Shown here: piece after piece, positions 38,073 to 48,909 of the stretch | Numbering within the stretch: the stretch's first letter is position 1 | Layout: every line of letters begins with the position of its first letter | Source of the DNA: an uncultured bacterium | GTDB lineage: Bacteria; Krumholzibacteriota; Krumholzibacteriia; JACNKJ01 | Direction of reading: 5' to 3' | Length of the DNA stretch: 64,000 nucleotides | Assembly: GCA_963695095.1 (NCBI GenBank) | Contig: CAVOFT010000001.1 | Location: forward strand, 2,752,001 to 2,816,000 | Notes under the pieces: model-generated | Seen by the model: only the letters and a program-made list of their open reading frames with translations | The model's database searches: none | What the model was told of the DNA's origin: nothing | Position numbers and translations under genes: made by a program

Positions 38073-39182
38073 CTAGCAGAGGGACGGCGGGTCCGAACAG
38101 CCGCAAGCAAGCTCCTCGAGCAGGTCCACCCAGCGGCGGGCGCAGACGGCGAGCGAGAACTCCCGCTCGAGCCGGGCCCGTCCGGCCAGGCCCATCCGCC
38201 GGCGCAGGGGAGCGTCTCCCGCCAGGCGGAGCAGCGCCGCCACCCAGTCATCCTCGCTCGTGGCCAGGAGCCCGGTCTCGCCCTCGGCCACGAGCTGGGC
38301 ATTGAAGCCGACCGGGGAGACCACCACCGGTCGCGCGGCGGCCCAGTGCTGCAGGATCTTGAAGCCCGCCTTCGCCTGCGTGTAGGGATTGTCCGCCAGG
38401 GGCATCAGCCCCGCGTGACAGCTCAGCAGCAGGGCCACCTCTTCCTCAAGGGACCAGCGCCGATTGAGCACCCTCAGGCCCGCACCCGCGAAATCCCATT
38501 CGGAGACCACCAGCAGTTCACAGCCGGTCTGCTCCTGCACCCGGCGCAAGGCGGGCAGGATCTCCGCGAGATGGCGCAGGTTGCCCCCGGTGCCGAACCA
38601 ACCCAATCGCAAGGGACCCCCCGGTTCGGGAGTCGGCGCCGGGAAGCGGGCCAGGTCCACGGGGGTGGGGATCACATGGACCGGGACGGGCACATCCTGC
38701 AGGCGCGCGGCGAGGATCGCCGTGCTCGCCACGACGCCCCGGCTCATCGCCGCGATGCGGCGGATCTTGCCTGCGTCGCGCAGGCCGCCGCCCAGCGGGC
38801 GGAGCTGGGGCGGCGTGAGATCGAGCGCGTCGTCCACGTCATAGATGAGGCGGGGATTGAGCCGCGCCAGCCATCGCTCCAGCACGGGAGGGCCGAGGCT
38901 GAGCAGCTCGCGCTGCACGACGACCGCATCGGCCCGCCGGGCGGCGAGGATCTGCGCGATGCGCACGAGGGCAACGATGGCGAGGTAGAGCAGCTTCGCC
39001 GGCACGCGCAGGGGGCCACGGCGGGGGTTGAGCACCCGGGCGAGCGCGGTTGGCGCCGGCGGCCGGAAGCGAAGCTGCCAGCCCGCCGCGCGCAGGGGCA
39101 CCTGATAGGCCAGGCCCCGGCAGCGGGAGCTCGCATTGCTCGCGTCCCGCCAGGCCAGGAAGTCGATCCGCCGCGGAGACAC
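38073..39182 (-). CDS. Glycosyltransferase family 4
   Basis: ASSRCR, YDVDDA, LGWFGT, GLMPLADN..KAGFKILQHWAAARPVVVSPVG. Confidence 0.88.
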   Translation of the reverse strand: MSPRRIDFLAWRDASNASSRCRGLAYQVPLRAAGWQLRFRPPAPTALARVLNPRRGPLRVPAKLLYLAIVALVRIAQILAARRADAVVVQRELLSLGPPVLERWLARLNPRLIYDVDDALDLTPPQLRPLGGGLRDAGKIRRIAAMSRGVVASTAILAARLQDVPVPVHVIPTPVDLARFPAPTPEPGGPLRLGWFGTGGNLRHLAEILPALRRVQEQTGCELLVVSEWDFAGAGLRVLNRRWSLEEEVALLLSCHAGLMPLADNPYTQAKAGFKILQHWAAARPVVVSPVGFNAQLVAEGETGLLATSEDDWVAALLRLAGDAPLRRRMGLAGRARLEREFSLAVCARRWVDLLEELACGCSDPPSLC

Positions 39183-39847
39183 TAGCCCCCCTTGCGCAGG
39201 AGAAAAAGATTCTGGAAGACGAAGAGGTGGCGAAACAAGCCGAGGCTGAGCGGAATCGCCACCCAGCGGTCGTAGCGAAGGCCGCGGCGCTCCCAGAGTC
39301 TGTAGTTGCGCCCTTCCCGCTCGATCGCGAAGCCGAAGGACGCCGAGAGCCGGCGGAAGCTCCCGCGCGTGAAGAAGCGCAGGTGTCCCCGGTCGAGAAT
39401 GCCGCGTTCGGCGGGGTCCCAGCGATCGCCGAGCAGCGAGAGGACGACGGAGTAGTGGGAGACATTGGGCAGGCTCACCACGACATGTCCGCCGGGCAGG
39501 AGCAGGGCCGCGGCCTGAGCGAGGATCGCGCTCGGCTCGGCGGTATGCTCCAGGATGTCGGCCATGACGATGAGATCGAAGCGGGCCCCCGCCGTCGCGA
39601 GTCGGGGCAGTTCGGAGTCGAGGCTGCCCGCGAGCACCTGATCATAGTGCCGGGAGGCCTCGGAAGCGGCTGCGGGCTCCCACTCGATGCCGGTGAGCTC
39701 GAGCTGCCCCTCTCGCGCTCGCAGCTGCCGGCCGAGTTCACCACGGCCGCAGCCCAGGTCGAGAACGCGCCGGCAGCCCTCGGGGATCAGGGCCAGCACA
39801 TCCGGTCGGGGGTAGCCGTAGTAGCCTTCTTCGCGCTTGTCGTGCAT
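39182..39847 (-). CDS. Class I SAM-dependent methyltransferase (polysaccharide-associated)
   Basis: VLDLGCGRG, FDLIVMADILEH, SLPNV, GILDRGHLRFFT. Confidence 0.9.
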   Translation of the reverse strand: MHDKREEGYYGYPRPDVLALIPEGCRRVLDLGCGRGELGRQLRAREGQLELTGIEWEPAAASEASRHYDQVLAGSLDSELPRLATAGARFDLIVMADILEHTAEPSAILAQAAALLLPGGHVVVSLPNVSHYSVVLSLLGDRWDPAERGILDRGHLRFFTRGSFRRLSASFGFAIEREGRNYRLWERRGLRYDRWVAIPLSLGLFRHLFVFQNLFLLRKGG

Positions 39848-41045
39848 CAGCAGGTCCCCGGAATTGAGCCCAGCGCTCGCCGGCCAGCCAGCTCGGCGAG
39901 GCAGGCCTCGTAGGCGGTGAGCATGGCCGTCTCACTGAACAGGTCCTGCGCCCGCGCGCGCGCCGCCTGCCCGAGCCGCGCCCGCTCGGCCGGCGCCGCC
40001 AGCAGCGCGCTCAGGGCGACGGTCAAGCGATCGAGCTCGGCGCGCGGCAGCAGGACCCCTTCTTCGCCGTCGCGGACGGCCTCGCCGAGGCCGCCCCGCG
40101 CCACCGAGAGCACGGGCAGGCCGCAGGCCATGGCCTCGAGCACGCTCAGCGGCAGGCCTTCGTCGCGCAGGGTGGGCAGGGCGAGCAGGGCCGCAGCGGC
40201 GTAGTGCTCCTGCATGCGAGCGTGGGCGACTGGCCCGATCAGCTCGACCCGCTCGCTCAGGCCAAGTCGCTCGATCCGGGCACCCAGAGCGACCAGCGAT
40301 CCCCCCCCACGAAGCGCAGGCGCCAGGTGGGTTGAGCCGGGGCAATGCGCGCGAAGGCATCCAGGAGCAGGAAGACCCCCTTCTCGGCGATCACGCGACC
40401 GGCATAGAGAATGAGTCGGCTCCCTGCCGGATCCCCGAGGCGCAGGCCACTGGTATCGACGCCGTTGGGAATCACGCGCGGCGCGGCGACCCGGCCGGCA
40501 TGCTCCCTGCCGATGCTGCGCGCCACGGCCTGCGATACCGCGACCAGGGCCGCGCAGCGCGGCAGGCGGCGCCGGTCCAGCGCGTGCGAGTAGGGCGCCA
40601 GGACCGTCTTGGCCCAGGTCTTCGGATGCCAGGGCGCGCTTCGCCAGGCCGTCGCCAGCTCGCCCCCCAGATTGCCGTGGAGAACAGCCAGGCAGGGCGG
40701 GCGCTCGGTCGCCGGCAAGTCCAGCGCGCCCCAGGCGCCCGCGCTCTGCGAGAGCAGCGCGTCGAAGGGGGCCGCCGCCTGCTCGGCGGCGAAGGCCACC
40801 CGCGAACGGGACCAGTAGCCGCCGCGATAGACGCCCGGGCGCGTGCCGGCCAGGTAGCAAAAGACGAGGCCGGGTTCCTCGGCATCGGGCGCCGCGCCGG
40901 CGGCGAGGGCCGTCGTGAAGACCGTCACCGCGTGGCCCCGCCGGGCCAGGCCCCGCGCGAGCTGATCGGTGTGGCGCTCCATGCCGCCGGCCGGATGGTG
41001 GGCCGGCGTGGAGCGGCAGAAGAGAGCGATGCGCAGAGGCGACAT
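39847..41045 (-). CDS. Glycosyltransferase family 4; frameshift in a G8 tract
   Basis: GGMERH, VIPNGVD, YAGRVIAEKG, then EGLPLSVLEAMACGLP in another frame. The shift is at 40301-40308. Confidence 0.87.
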
Positions 41046-42259
41046 CAGCGCGGCTCCCGGGCCGGGCCGCCATCGGCCTTGCGCGCGAGCGCCTCGACCA
41101 CCGCCGACTCGATCTCGACCATGCGCGCGGGCCAGGCGTGCTCGCCGGCCTCGGCGCGTCGGGCAGCGCGGGCGGCCGGATCGGCCGCGTCCGCGAGCGC
41201 GGCGGCGATGGCGGCGGCGAAGTCCGCCGGACCGGTGGCGAAGCGGCAGAGCGCCGGTCGGTCCCGGTAGTCGGCCAGGGCAGGCAGGGGCGTCGACACG
41301 ATGGGCTTTCCGGCGGCCATGTACTCGTAGAACTTGAGCGGGAAGGAGGCCCGGGTCGAGGCGCTGAGACGGAAGGGAATGAGACAGACATCGAAGGCGC
41401 TCACGAGGGCGGGCAGTTCGGCATAGGGTCGCGGCCCGAGCAGGTGGACATTGGGCAGGCGCTCGAGCGCGGCCAGATCCGTGGCGGGATCCCCCGCGCC
41501 TCTCGGCCCGACGAGGCAAAAGCTCCAGTCCGGCCGTGCCGCCGCCACCGCTGCGAGCAGCTCGAGATCCAGCTTGTAGCCCGCGAGATTGCCGACGTAG
41601 CCGAGCAGGGGCCGCGGCAGGGCAGCCAGTTCGGCCGGCACCGGGCCGCCGGCAGCGAAGTGCTTGGCATCGGCCACGTTGGGCAGGTAGAGCGCCCGCC
41701 CCTGCGCGGGCCGCTTCTCGGCGAAGAGAGCCGGCGAGGTCGCGAAGACGAGATCGCAGCGCGCGAGCAGCCGCGCCTCCATGGCCAGGATCGCCGCTCG
41801 GTCCACGCCCGGGTTCTCGGCATAGGCGTCCACGCAGTGGTAGACGAGCAAGCGCTCGGCCAGGGCCCCTGCAAGCACTTCGCCCGTGGGCAGGAAGATC
41901 CACAGGATGGGCCGGCGCATGCCGAGCCGGCGCATCGCCCGGCGCAGGCTCGCCAGGAGCAGGCGGCGGTTCAGCGCGCGCAGCCAGCGCTTGCCGTGCC
42001 AGGGCAGGACGAGCGGCGACAGCAGCCAGACGCCCTCCGGGCTGCGGGCGAGCCCGCGCAGCCAGCCGCGCAGGCGGCGGGCAACCTTGCGCCAGTCCCC
42101 CGCACTGGCCGCCGGCGGCCGCAGACCCAGGGACTCGACGTAGAGCACGCGATTGCGCCCGGCCAGCCGCCCCATCACGTGGTGCACGTTCAGCGGCGCC
42201 TGGGTCGCCCAGAGCGCAGAGCCCACGCAGACGATATCCTGTTCCCGCAGCTCAGCCAC
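41045..42259 (-). CDS. Glycosyltransferase (TuaH-like GT4)
   Basis: RVLYVE, LVYHCVD, DLVFATS, LGPRPYAELP, FPLKFYEYMAAGKPIVST. Confidence 0.88.
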   Translation of the reverse strand: MAELREQDIVCVGSALWATQAPLNVHHVMGRLAGRNRVLYVESLGLRPPAASAGDWRKVARRLRGWLRGLARSPEGVWLLSPLVLPWHGKRWLRALNRRLLLASLRRAMRRLGMRRPILWIFLPTGEVLAGALAERLLVYHCVDAYAENPGVDRAAILAMEARLLARCDLVFATSPALFAEKRPAQGRALYLPNVADAKHFAAGGPVPAELAALPRPLLGYVGNLAGYKLDLELLAAVAAARPDWSFCLVGPRGAGDPATDLAALERLPNVHLLGPRPYAELPALVSAFDVCLIPFRLSASTRASFPLKFYEYMAAGKPIVSTPLPALADYRDRPALCRFATGPADFAAAIAAALADAADPAARAARRAEAGEHAWPARMVEIESAVVEALARKADGGPAREPR

Positions 42260-43538
42260 GGCTGCGCTCGCCGCGCATCGCCCGGCGCGCACCCCAGATG
42301 TAGAGCAGCAGCAGCAGGCCATGGGACAGGTAGACGGCGAGCACCGCCCCTTGCCAGCCCTGGCGCGGAATCAGCACCAAATTGAAGCCCAGGTTGGCCA
42401 GTGCCGCCACGAAGATGCTCGCGCTGCGGAAGCCGAAGTGGTCCGCGCCCGACAGCGCGTCGCCCAGGGGCAGGTAGAGGGCCTGGAGCAGCAGCGCCCA
42501 GACCAGGGCGCGCAGGACCTGCGGCGCCTCGGGGTACTCGGCGCCGAGGATGGACCCGAGCAGCGGGGCGGCGAGGTAGAGCAGGATGCTCACCGGCAGC
42601 GCATAGGCGAGCACGAGCGGTGCGCTGCGCCGCCAGAGGCTCAGGCTGCCGGCAAAGGAGCCCTGCCCGCGCTGGAAGAAGCGCGGATAGAGCGCCGACA
42701 TGAAGGCCTGCACGGGCAAGAGGGCGAAGGCATAGGCCCGGAAGCCGGCCGCGTACTGGCCGGCCACGACAAGCCCGGCCATGGCCGGCAGCAGCATCTT
42801 GTCGATGCCGATCAGGAAGCTGCGTCCCGAGGCCGCCAGGGCAATGTAGAGGCCGTCGCGGAAGCTGCTGCGAATCTCGGCCCAGCCCGTCGGCGCCAGC
42901 GGCCAGGCCCAGCCGCGGCCGAAGGCGGCCAGCGCGGCGATCAACCACAGGACGCTGCCGGTCAGGTGGGCGACGGCGAAGCGCGGCAGGTCCAGGCCCA
43001 CCATCAGGGCCACGCTCCCCACCGCGGCCAGGCGGCTGAGCGCCAGGCCGACCTCGATGACCGCCATGCGATCCAGGCGCTGGTCGCCCTGCATGATGCC
43101 GCTCAGCAGCGTGAGCACCGCGTAGACGACGAGTTCCGAGATGGCGAGCAGGAGCAGGGGCAGGCGCGGGAAGTCGATGTGGAGCAGCTGCGGTCCCAGG
43201 AGCGCCACGGCCAGCGAGAAGCCACCGCCCAGGACAAGGGTCACCCGCAGGCCCCCGCTCCAGATGGCGGCACGGCCGCGGGCGTCGCGGGCGACCGCCC
43301 GCAGGGCGAGGATCGGATAGCCGAGATTCGTGAAGGAGACGAGCCCCAGCAGCAGGGCCTGCAGGCCCGTGTAGCGCCCGAAATCCTCCACGCCGAGGCC
43401 CCGGGTGGTCAGGATGAAATAGGCGGACTGGATGACGATGCGCAGCAGATGGCCGGCGAGCAGGTGCAGGGAACCCCGCAGGAGCTGCTGGCCGCCCAGG
43501 CGGGCGCGCAGGCGCTCCAGTCCCTTCGGGGTTCGCAT
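42252..43538 (-). CDS. Wzx-like polysaccharide flippase
   Basis: Multi-TM protein; TRGLGVEDFG, IDKMLL, AGQYAAG, LYPRF, FNLVLIPRQGWQGA. Start is ATG 43538 (alternative 43547). Confidence 0.88.
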   Translation of the reverse strand: MRTPKGLERLRARLGGQQLLRGSLHLLAGHLLRIVIQSAYFILTTRGLGVEDFGRYTGLQALLLGLVSFTNLGYPILALRAVARDARGRAAIWSGGLRVTLVLGGGFSLAVALLGPQLLHIDFPRLPLLLLAISELVVYAVLTLLSGIMQGDQRLDRMAVIEVGLALSRLAAVGSVALMVGLDLPRFAVAHLTGSVLWLIAALAAFGRGWAWPLAPTGWAEIRSSFRDGLYIALAASGRSFLIGIDKMLLPAMAGLVVAGQYAAGFRAYAFALLPVQAFMSALYPRFFQRGQGSFAGSLSLWRRSAPLVLAYALPVSILLYLAAPLLGSILGAEYPEAPQVLRALVWALLLQALYLPLGDALSGADHFGFRSASIFVAALANLGFNLVLIPRQGWQGAVLAVYLSHGLLLLLYIWGARRAMRGERSRG

Positions 43539-43593
43539 GCCGGGCATTATCCCCCCTCGCCGGCCAGGCCGCAAGCGCGCCGACGCCCGCCGC

Positions 43594-43923
43594 TCATGAA
43601 CCCAGCCCGCCCAGGCGCCCGCGCAGGTGCGCCTTCAGCGCGCGTTCGGCGGCCGCGAGCAGCTCCGGCAGCCGCGGATCAGCGAGGGCATAGTAAACCC
43701 GGGTGCCCTCCTTGCGGCGGGCGAGCAGGCCCTCGCTGGCCATGCGGCCGAGCTGGCGCGAGGTGTGCGATTGGCCCAGCCCTGTCGCGGCGACGATCTC
43801 GAGTACCGAGAGCTCGCCGCCGGCAAGCAGGTCGACGATGGCCAGGCGCGCGGGTTCGGCGAGCAGGCGGAAGTAGGCCGCCAGCTCCTGGAGCACAGCC
43901 TCAGAGCGCCGGGTCGAAGCCAT
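43594..43923 (-). CDS. ArsR/SmtB-family transcriptional regulator
   Basis: FRLLAEPARLAIV, ELSVLEI, QSHTSRQL, RRKEGTRVYYAL. Confidence 0.9.
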   Translation of the reverse strand: MASTRRSEAVLQELAAYFRLLAEPARLAIVDLLAGGELSVLEIVAATGLGQSHTSRQLGRMASEGLLARRKEGTRVYYALADPRLPELLAAAERALKAHLRGRLGGLGS

Positions 43924-44015
43924 GGCCCTCGCCGCAAGATGCCGGGAAGGGGACGGGCCCCTCCCCGGCTTTCTCTCACCATCTCCTGCATGCTGCGGGA
44001 GACGTTCCCGGGTTC

Positions 44016-44052
44016 TATATATGCCTATACAGCTATATTGTCAAGTAGGCAT
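44016..44052 (-). promoter_or_regulatory. Promoter with overlapping inverted repeats (candidate ArsR operator)
   Basis: TTGACA (44039-44044)-N17-TATATA; ATATA-N12-TATAT and ATGCCTA..TAGGCAT inverted repeats in an AT-rich island. Confidence 0.55.
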
Positions 44053-44122
44053 TTTTAAGCGCAACGGCGCTGCGCGCTTGCCGCCGATGGCACCCCTTGC
44101 TAGCGTGCCCAGCGGCTGACCG

Positions 44123-46192
44123 ATGGGCGGGACGGCCGGGAAGGATGCGTGCGTGGGCTTCCCCCGATTCGAGCGAATCTATGCCGATTTCCGCGCGCAC
44201 GACTACCGCTTCACCATGGTCCTGGCCCTGATCCTGGGCGTGCTCGGCGGCCTGGGCAACCTCGTCTTCCAGAGCCTGATCGACCTCTTCCGCGTTCTCG
44301 CCTGGGGCGGCGCGGACGATTTCCTCGGCCGCTTCAGCGCGGCGCCCATCTGGCTCAAGCTCGGCGTGCCCATCCTGGCGGGCTTTCTCGGCGGACTGGT
44401 CATTCACTTCATCTCACCGGAGGCCAAGGGTCACGGCGTCCCCGCGGTGATGAAGGCCGTGGCCCTGCGCGGGGGCGTCATCCCCCGGCGCACGGTGGCC
44501 GGCAAGACCCTCGCCAGCTCGCTCTGCCTGGCCGCCGGCGGCAGCGTGGGCCGCGAGGGGCCCATCGTGCAGATCGGCAGCGCGCTCGGGTCGGCCCTGG
44601 GGCAACTGCTGCGGCTCAACACGCCCCGGATGCGCACGGTCGTGGCCTGCGGCGCCACGGCGGGCATCGCCGCCACCTTCAACTCCCCCATCGCCGGCGC
44701 CTTCTTCAGCGCCGAAGTCATCCTGGGCGATTTCGGGCTGGCCAACTTCGCGCCCCTGGTGGCGGCGGCCGTGGTGGCTACCCTCGTCAGCCACATCTCG
44801 GCCGGCGGCAATGACCCGGCCTTCGCGGTGCCGGTCGAGCTGGGGCTCAGCGACGGGCGCGAGCTGATCCTCTACGCCCTGCTCGGACTGGGCGCCGCCC
44901 TCGTCGCCGTGGGCTTCATGAAGCTGCTGCACAAGACCGAGGACCTCTTCGACGGCATCCCCCTCTGGCCGCCCCTGCTCACCGCCATCGGCGGCCTGGG
45001 CTTCGGCCTCATCGGCCTCTTCGCGCCCGAGGTGCTCGGCAACGGCTACGCCTCGATCACGGCCGCCCTCCGCGGCGAGCTGGTCCTGGGCACGCTCGCC
45101 CTGCTGCTGGTCATGAAGGTCCTGGCCACCAGCATCACCCTGGGCTCGGGCAATTCGGGCGGCATCTTCGCGCCCAGCCTCTTTCTCGGCGTCATGTACG
45201 GCGGCGCGCTGGGCACGCTCTTCCACAGCTGGTTCCCCGAATGGACGGCAACCCCGGGCGCTTACGCGCTGGTCGGCATGGGCGCGGTGGTGGCGGCGGC
45301 CATCCACGCGCCGATCACGGTCATCCTCATGATCTTCGAGATGACGCGCGACTACGCCCTCATCCTGCCCCTCATGCTGGCCGTGGTGCTGGCCACGCTC
45401 ACCAGCCAGCGCCTGCAGCGGCACTCGATCTACACTTTCAAGCTGGCGCGGGAGGGCATCGATCTCCTGCGCGGCCGCGACGCCAGCGTCCTGCGCCGGC
45501 TCAAGGTCAAAGACGTGATGGACCGCCACTACGACGCCATCGAGGCGGGAGCGCCCCTGGCGGCCGTCCTCCGGCACCTGGCGCAGAGCAGCCATCAGGA
45601 GAGCCTGGTGCTGGATGCCGAAGGCCGCCTCGCGGGCATCCTCACCGTGGAGGAGATCAAGCGCGCCCTGCCCCAGCTCGAACAGCTGGGGGGACTGCTC
45701 ATCGCCCAGGACATGGCGGTGGCCGATCCACCGACCCTCGGCCCCGACGATGACCTCGACGCCGCCATGCGCGCCTTCGGCCGCCTCAACATCCAGGAGA
45801 TCCCCGTGGTGGACAGCGAGGATCTGCGGCGGCCCATCGGCCTCATCGTGCGCCACACGGTCATCAACGCCTACAACCAGGCCGTCCTCGAACTGGATCT
45901 GGCCGACGGCGCCTCCAGCCGCATGGCCAGCACCCTGGGACAGCGGGTGACGGAAACCCTGGGCGGCTACCAGCTCGTCGAGATGGAGGTGCCGCACGGC
46001 ATGCGCGGGTGCAGTCTGGGTGAGCTCGACTTCCGCGAGCGCACGGGCTGCCAGGTGCTGCTCATCCGGCGGGCCGGCCGGCTCGGCGAGGAGGCCTTCG
46101 CGCTGCCTGACGCCACTACCCCCCTGGCTCCGGACGACGGCATGCTCGTCTTCGGCAGCCGCGAGGACGTCCAGCGCCTGCGCCACGGCTGA
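44123..46192 (+). CDS. CLC-family chloride channel/antiporter with CBS pair and TrkA-C domain
   Basis: GHGVP, GREGP, TFNSPIAG, GGIFAP, SIY; two CBS domains; C-terminal RCK-C-like domain. Start may be GTG 44153. Confidence 0.92.
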   Translation: MGGTAGKDACVGFPRFERIYADFRAHDYRFTMVLALILGVLGGLGNLVFQSLIDLFRVLAWGGADDFLGRFSAAPIWLKLGVPILAGFLGGLVIHFISPEAKGHGVPAVMKAVALRGGVIPRRTVAGKTLASSLCLAAGGSVGREGPIVQIGSALGSALGQLLRLNTPRMRTVVACGATAGIAATFNSPIAGAFFSAEVILGDFGLANFAPLVAAAVVATLVSHISAGGNDPAFAVPVELGLSDGRELILYALLGLGAALVAVGFMKLLHKTEDLFDGIPLWPPLLTAIGGLGFGLIGLFAPEVLGNGYASITAALRGELVLGTLALLLVMKVLATSITLGSGNSGGIFAPSLFLGVMYGGALGTLFHSWFPEWTATPGAYALVGMGAVVAAAIHAPITVILMIFEMTRDYALILPLMLAVVLATLTSQRLQRHSIYTFKLAREGIDLLRGRDASVLRRLKVKDVMDRHYDAIEAGAPLAAVLRHLAQSSHQESLVLDAEGRLAGILTVEEIKRALPQLEQLGGLLIAQDMAVADPPTLGPDDDLDAAMRAFGRLNIQEIPVVDSEDLRRPIGLIVRHTVINAYNQAVLELDLADGASSRMASTLGQRVTETLGGYQLVEMEVPHGMRGCSLGELDFRERTGCQVLLIRRAGRLGEEAFALPDATTPLAPDDGMLVFGSREDVQRLRHG

Positions 46193-46335
46193 GGCCCTCG
46201 CTCCGCCGTCGGGGCCATCAAGCTATCCTGCAATGATTCGGCGGGAGTGGAAGCCCGTCTTACAGCCTTAGGGCGAATCGTGATTCCTCCCCGACATCGT
46301 TGCGCCATGCCCGGCGTTCGCCTATCCTGGCCGGC

Positions 46336-46815
46336 ATGGAAACCGTCCGCCTCGATGCCATGGACCGCCGGATCCTCGAGATCCTCCAGTCCGAAGGCCG
46401 CCTGCCCAACGCCCGCATCGCCGAGCGCGTGGGCCTGTCCCCCCCCAGCGTGCTCGAGCGCATCCGCAAGCTCGAGACGAAAGGCGTGATCCGCGGCTAC
46501 GCGGCGATGGTCGACGGCCCGCGCCTGGGTCTGCGCACGGAAGTCTACGTGGCCGTGGCGCTCAGCCTGCACCGGCGCGAGAGCATCGAGGAGTTCCGCG
46601 CCGCCATCCTCGCCATGCCGCAGGTGCTCGAGTGCCACCACCTGACCGGCGAAGAGGACTTCCTGCTGCGCGTGGTCGTGCCTGAGATCCGCGACTACGA
46701 GGACTTCCTCCTGCACACCCTCACCCGCGTCGAGGGCGTGAGCAAGCTCAAGAGCGCCTTCGTGCTGTCCACACTGAAGCGAGACACCCGGCTGCCGCTG
46801 CCGGAGACGACCTAG
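46336..46815 (+). CDS. Lrp/AsnC-family transcriptional regulator
   Basis: LDAMDRRILEILQ, VGLSPPSVLERIRKLE, ECHHLTGEEDFLL. Confidence 0.94.
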   Translation: METVRLDAMDRRILEILQSEGRLPNARIAERVGLSPPSVLERIRKLETKGVIRGYAAMVDGPRLGLRTEVYVAVALSLHRRESIEEFRAAILAMPQVLECHHLTGEEDFLLRVVVPEIRDYEDFLLHTLTRVEGVSKLKSAFVLSTLKRDTRLPLPETT

Positions 46816-46845
46816 CCGCCCGCGCGGCCCCCCTTGGAGGTTGGG

Positions 46846-47879
46846 ATGCAGAAGATCGCGATGATCGGTTTCGGGAACGTGGGCCAGGGGCTGGCCGAGA
46901 TCCTCCAGCGCAAGCAGGCCGCCCTCAAGCGCCGGCAGGGCTACGAGTACCGCGTCGTGGCGATCAGCGACGCCCGCCTGGGCGCCCTCTGCGATCCCGA
47001 GGGCCTGGACCTGGGCCGCGCCCTCAAGGTGCTCGGCGAGACGGGCAGCCTGACGGCCTACCGCGGGCAGCGGGTGCAGAAGGGCTGGGATGCCCTGCGC
47101 ACGATCCGCGAGAGCGAGGCCGACGTCGTGGTGGAGCTGGCCTGGACCGACCTCGCCACCGGCCAGCCGGCCATCCGCCACTGCGAGACGGCCCTCAAGC
47201 TGGGCAAGCACGTGGTGACCAGCAACAAGGGCCCGGCCGCCCTGGCCCAGCCGCGCCTCGCCCGCCTGGCGGCCAGGCACGGCGTCCAGTTCCGCATCGA
47301 GGGCACGGTGATGAGCGGCACGCCCGTGCTCAGCCTCGCCCTCGAGAACCTGGCCGGCAACGAGGTCCTCGCCATCCAGGGCATCCTGAACGGGACGACC
47401 AACTACATCCTCAGCGAGATGGAGGCCGGCGCCGACTACGCCGCGGCCCTGGCCAAGGCCCAGGCCCTCGGCTATGCCGAGGCCGATCCCACGGGCGACG
47501 TCGAGGGCCACGACGCGGCGGGCAAGGTGGCCATCCTCGCCAACCTGCTCATGGGCGCCTCGCTGGTGCCCGCCGACGTGAAGTGCAAGGGCATCACGGG
47601 CATCAGCGCCGCCGACGTCACCAAGGCCCGCGCCGCGGGCAAGCGCTGGAAGCTGATCGGCAGCGTCAAGCGCCTGCCCACGGGCGACCTGGACGCCCGC
47701 GTGGCGCCCGTGGCCCTGCCGCTGGCCGATCCGCTGGCCGGCGTCATGGGCCCCACCAACGCCGTCAGCTTCGAGACCGACCTGCTGGGCAAGGTGACCA
47801 TCGTCGGCCCGGGGGCGGGCCGCGTAGAGACGGGCTTCGCCATCCTCAGCGACCTCTTGGCCATCGAAAGGAGCCGCGC

Positions 47880-47883
<4 letters not shown>
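46846..47883 (+). CDS. hom: Homoserine dehydrogenase (short form, no ACT domain)
   Basis: GFGNVGQG, HVVTSNKGP, EGTVMSGTP, GILNGTTNYIL, GYAEADPTGDVEGHD, GPGAG. Confidence 0.94.
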
Positions 47884-48899
<1,016 letters not shown>

Positions 48900-48909
48900 G
48901 CGGCAGCCC

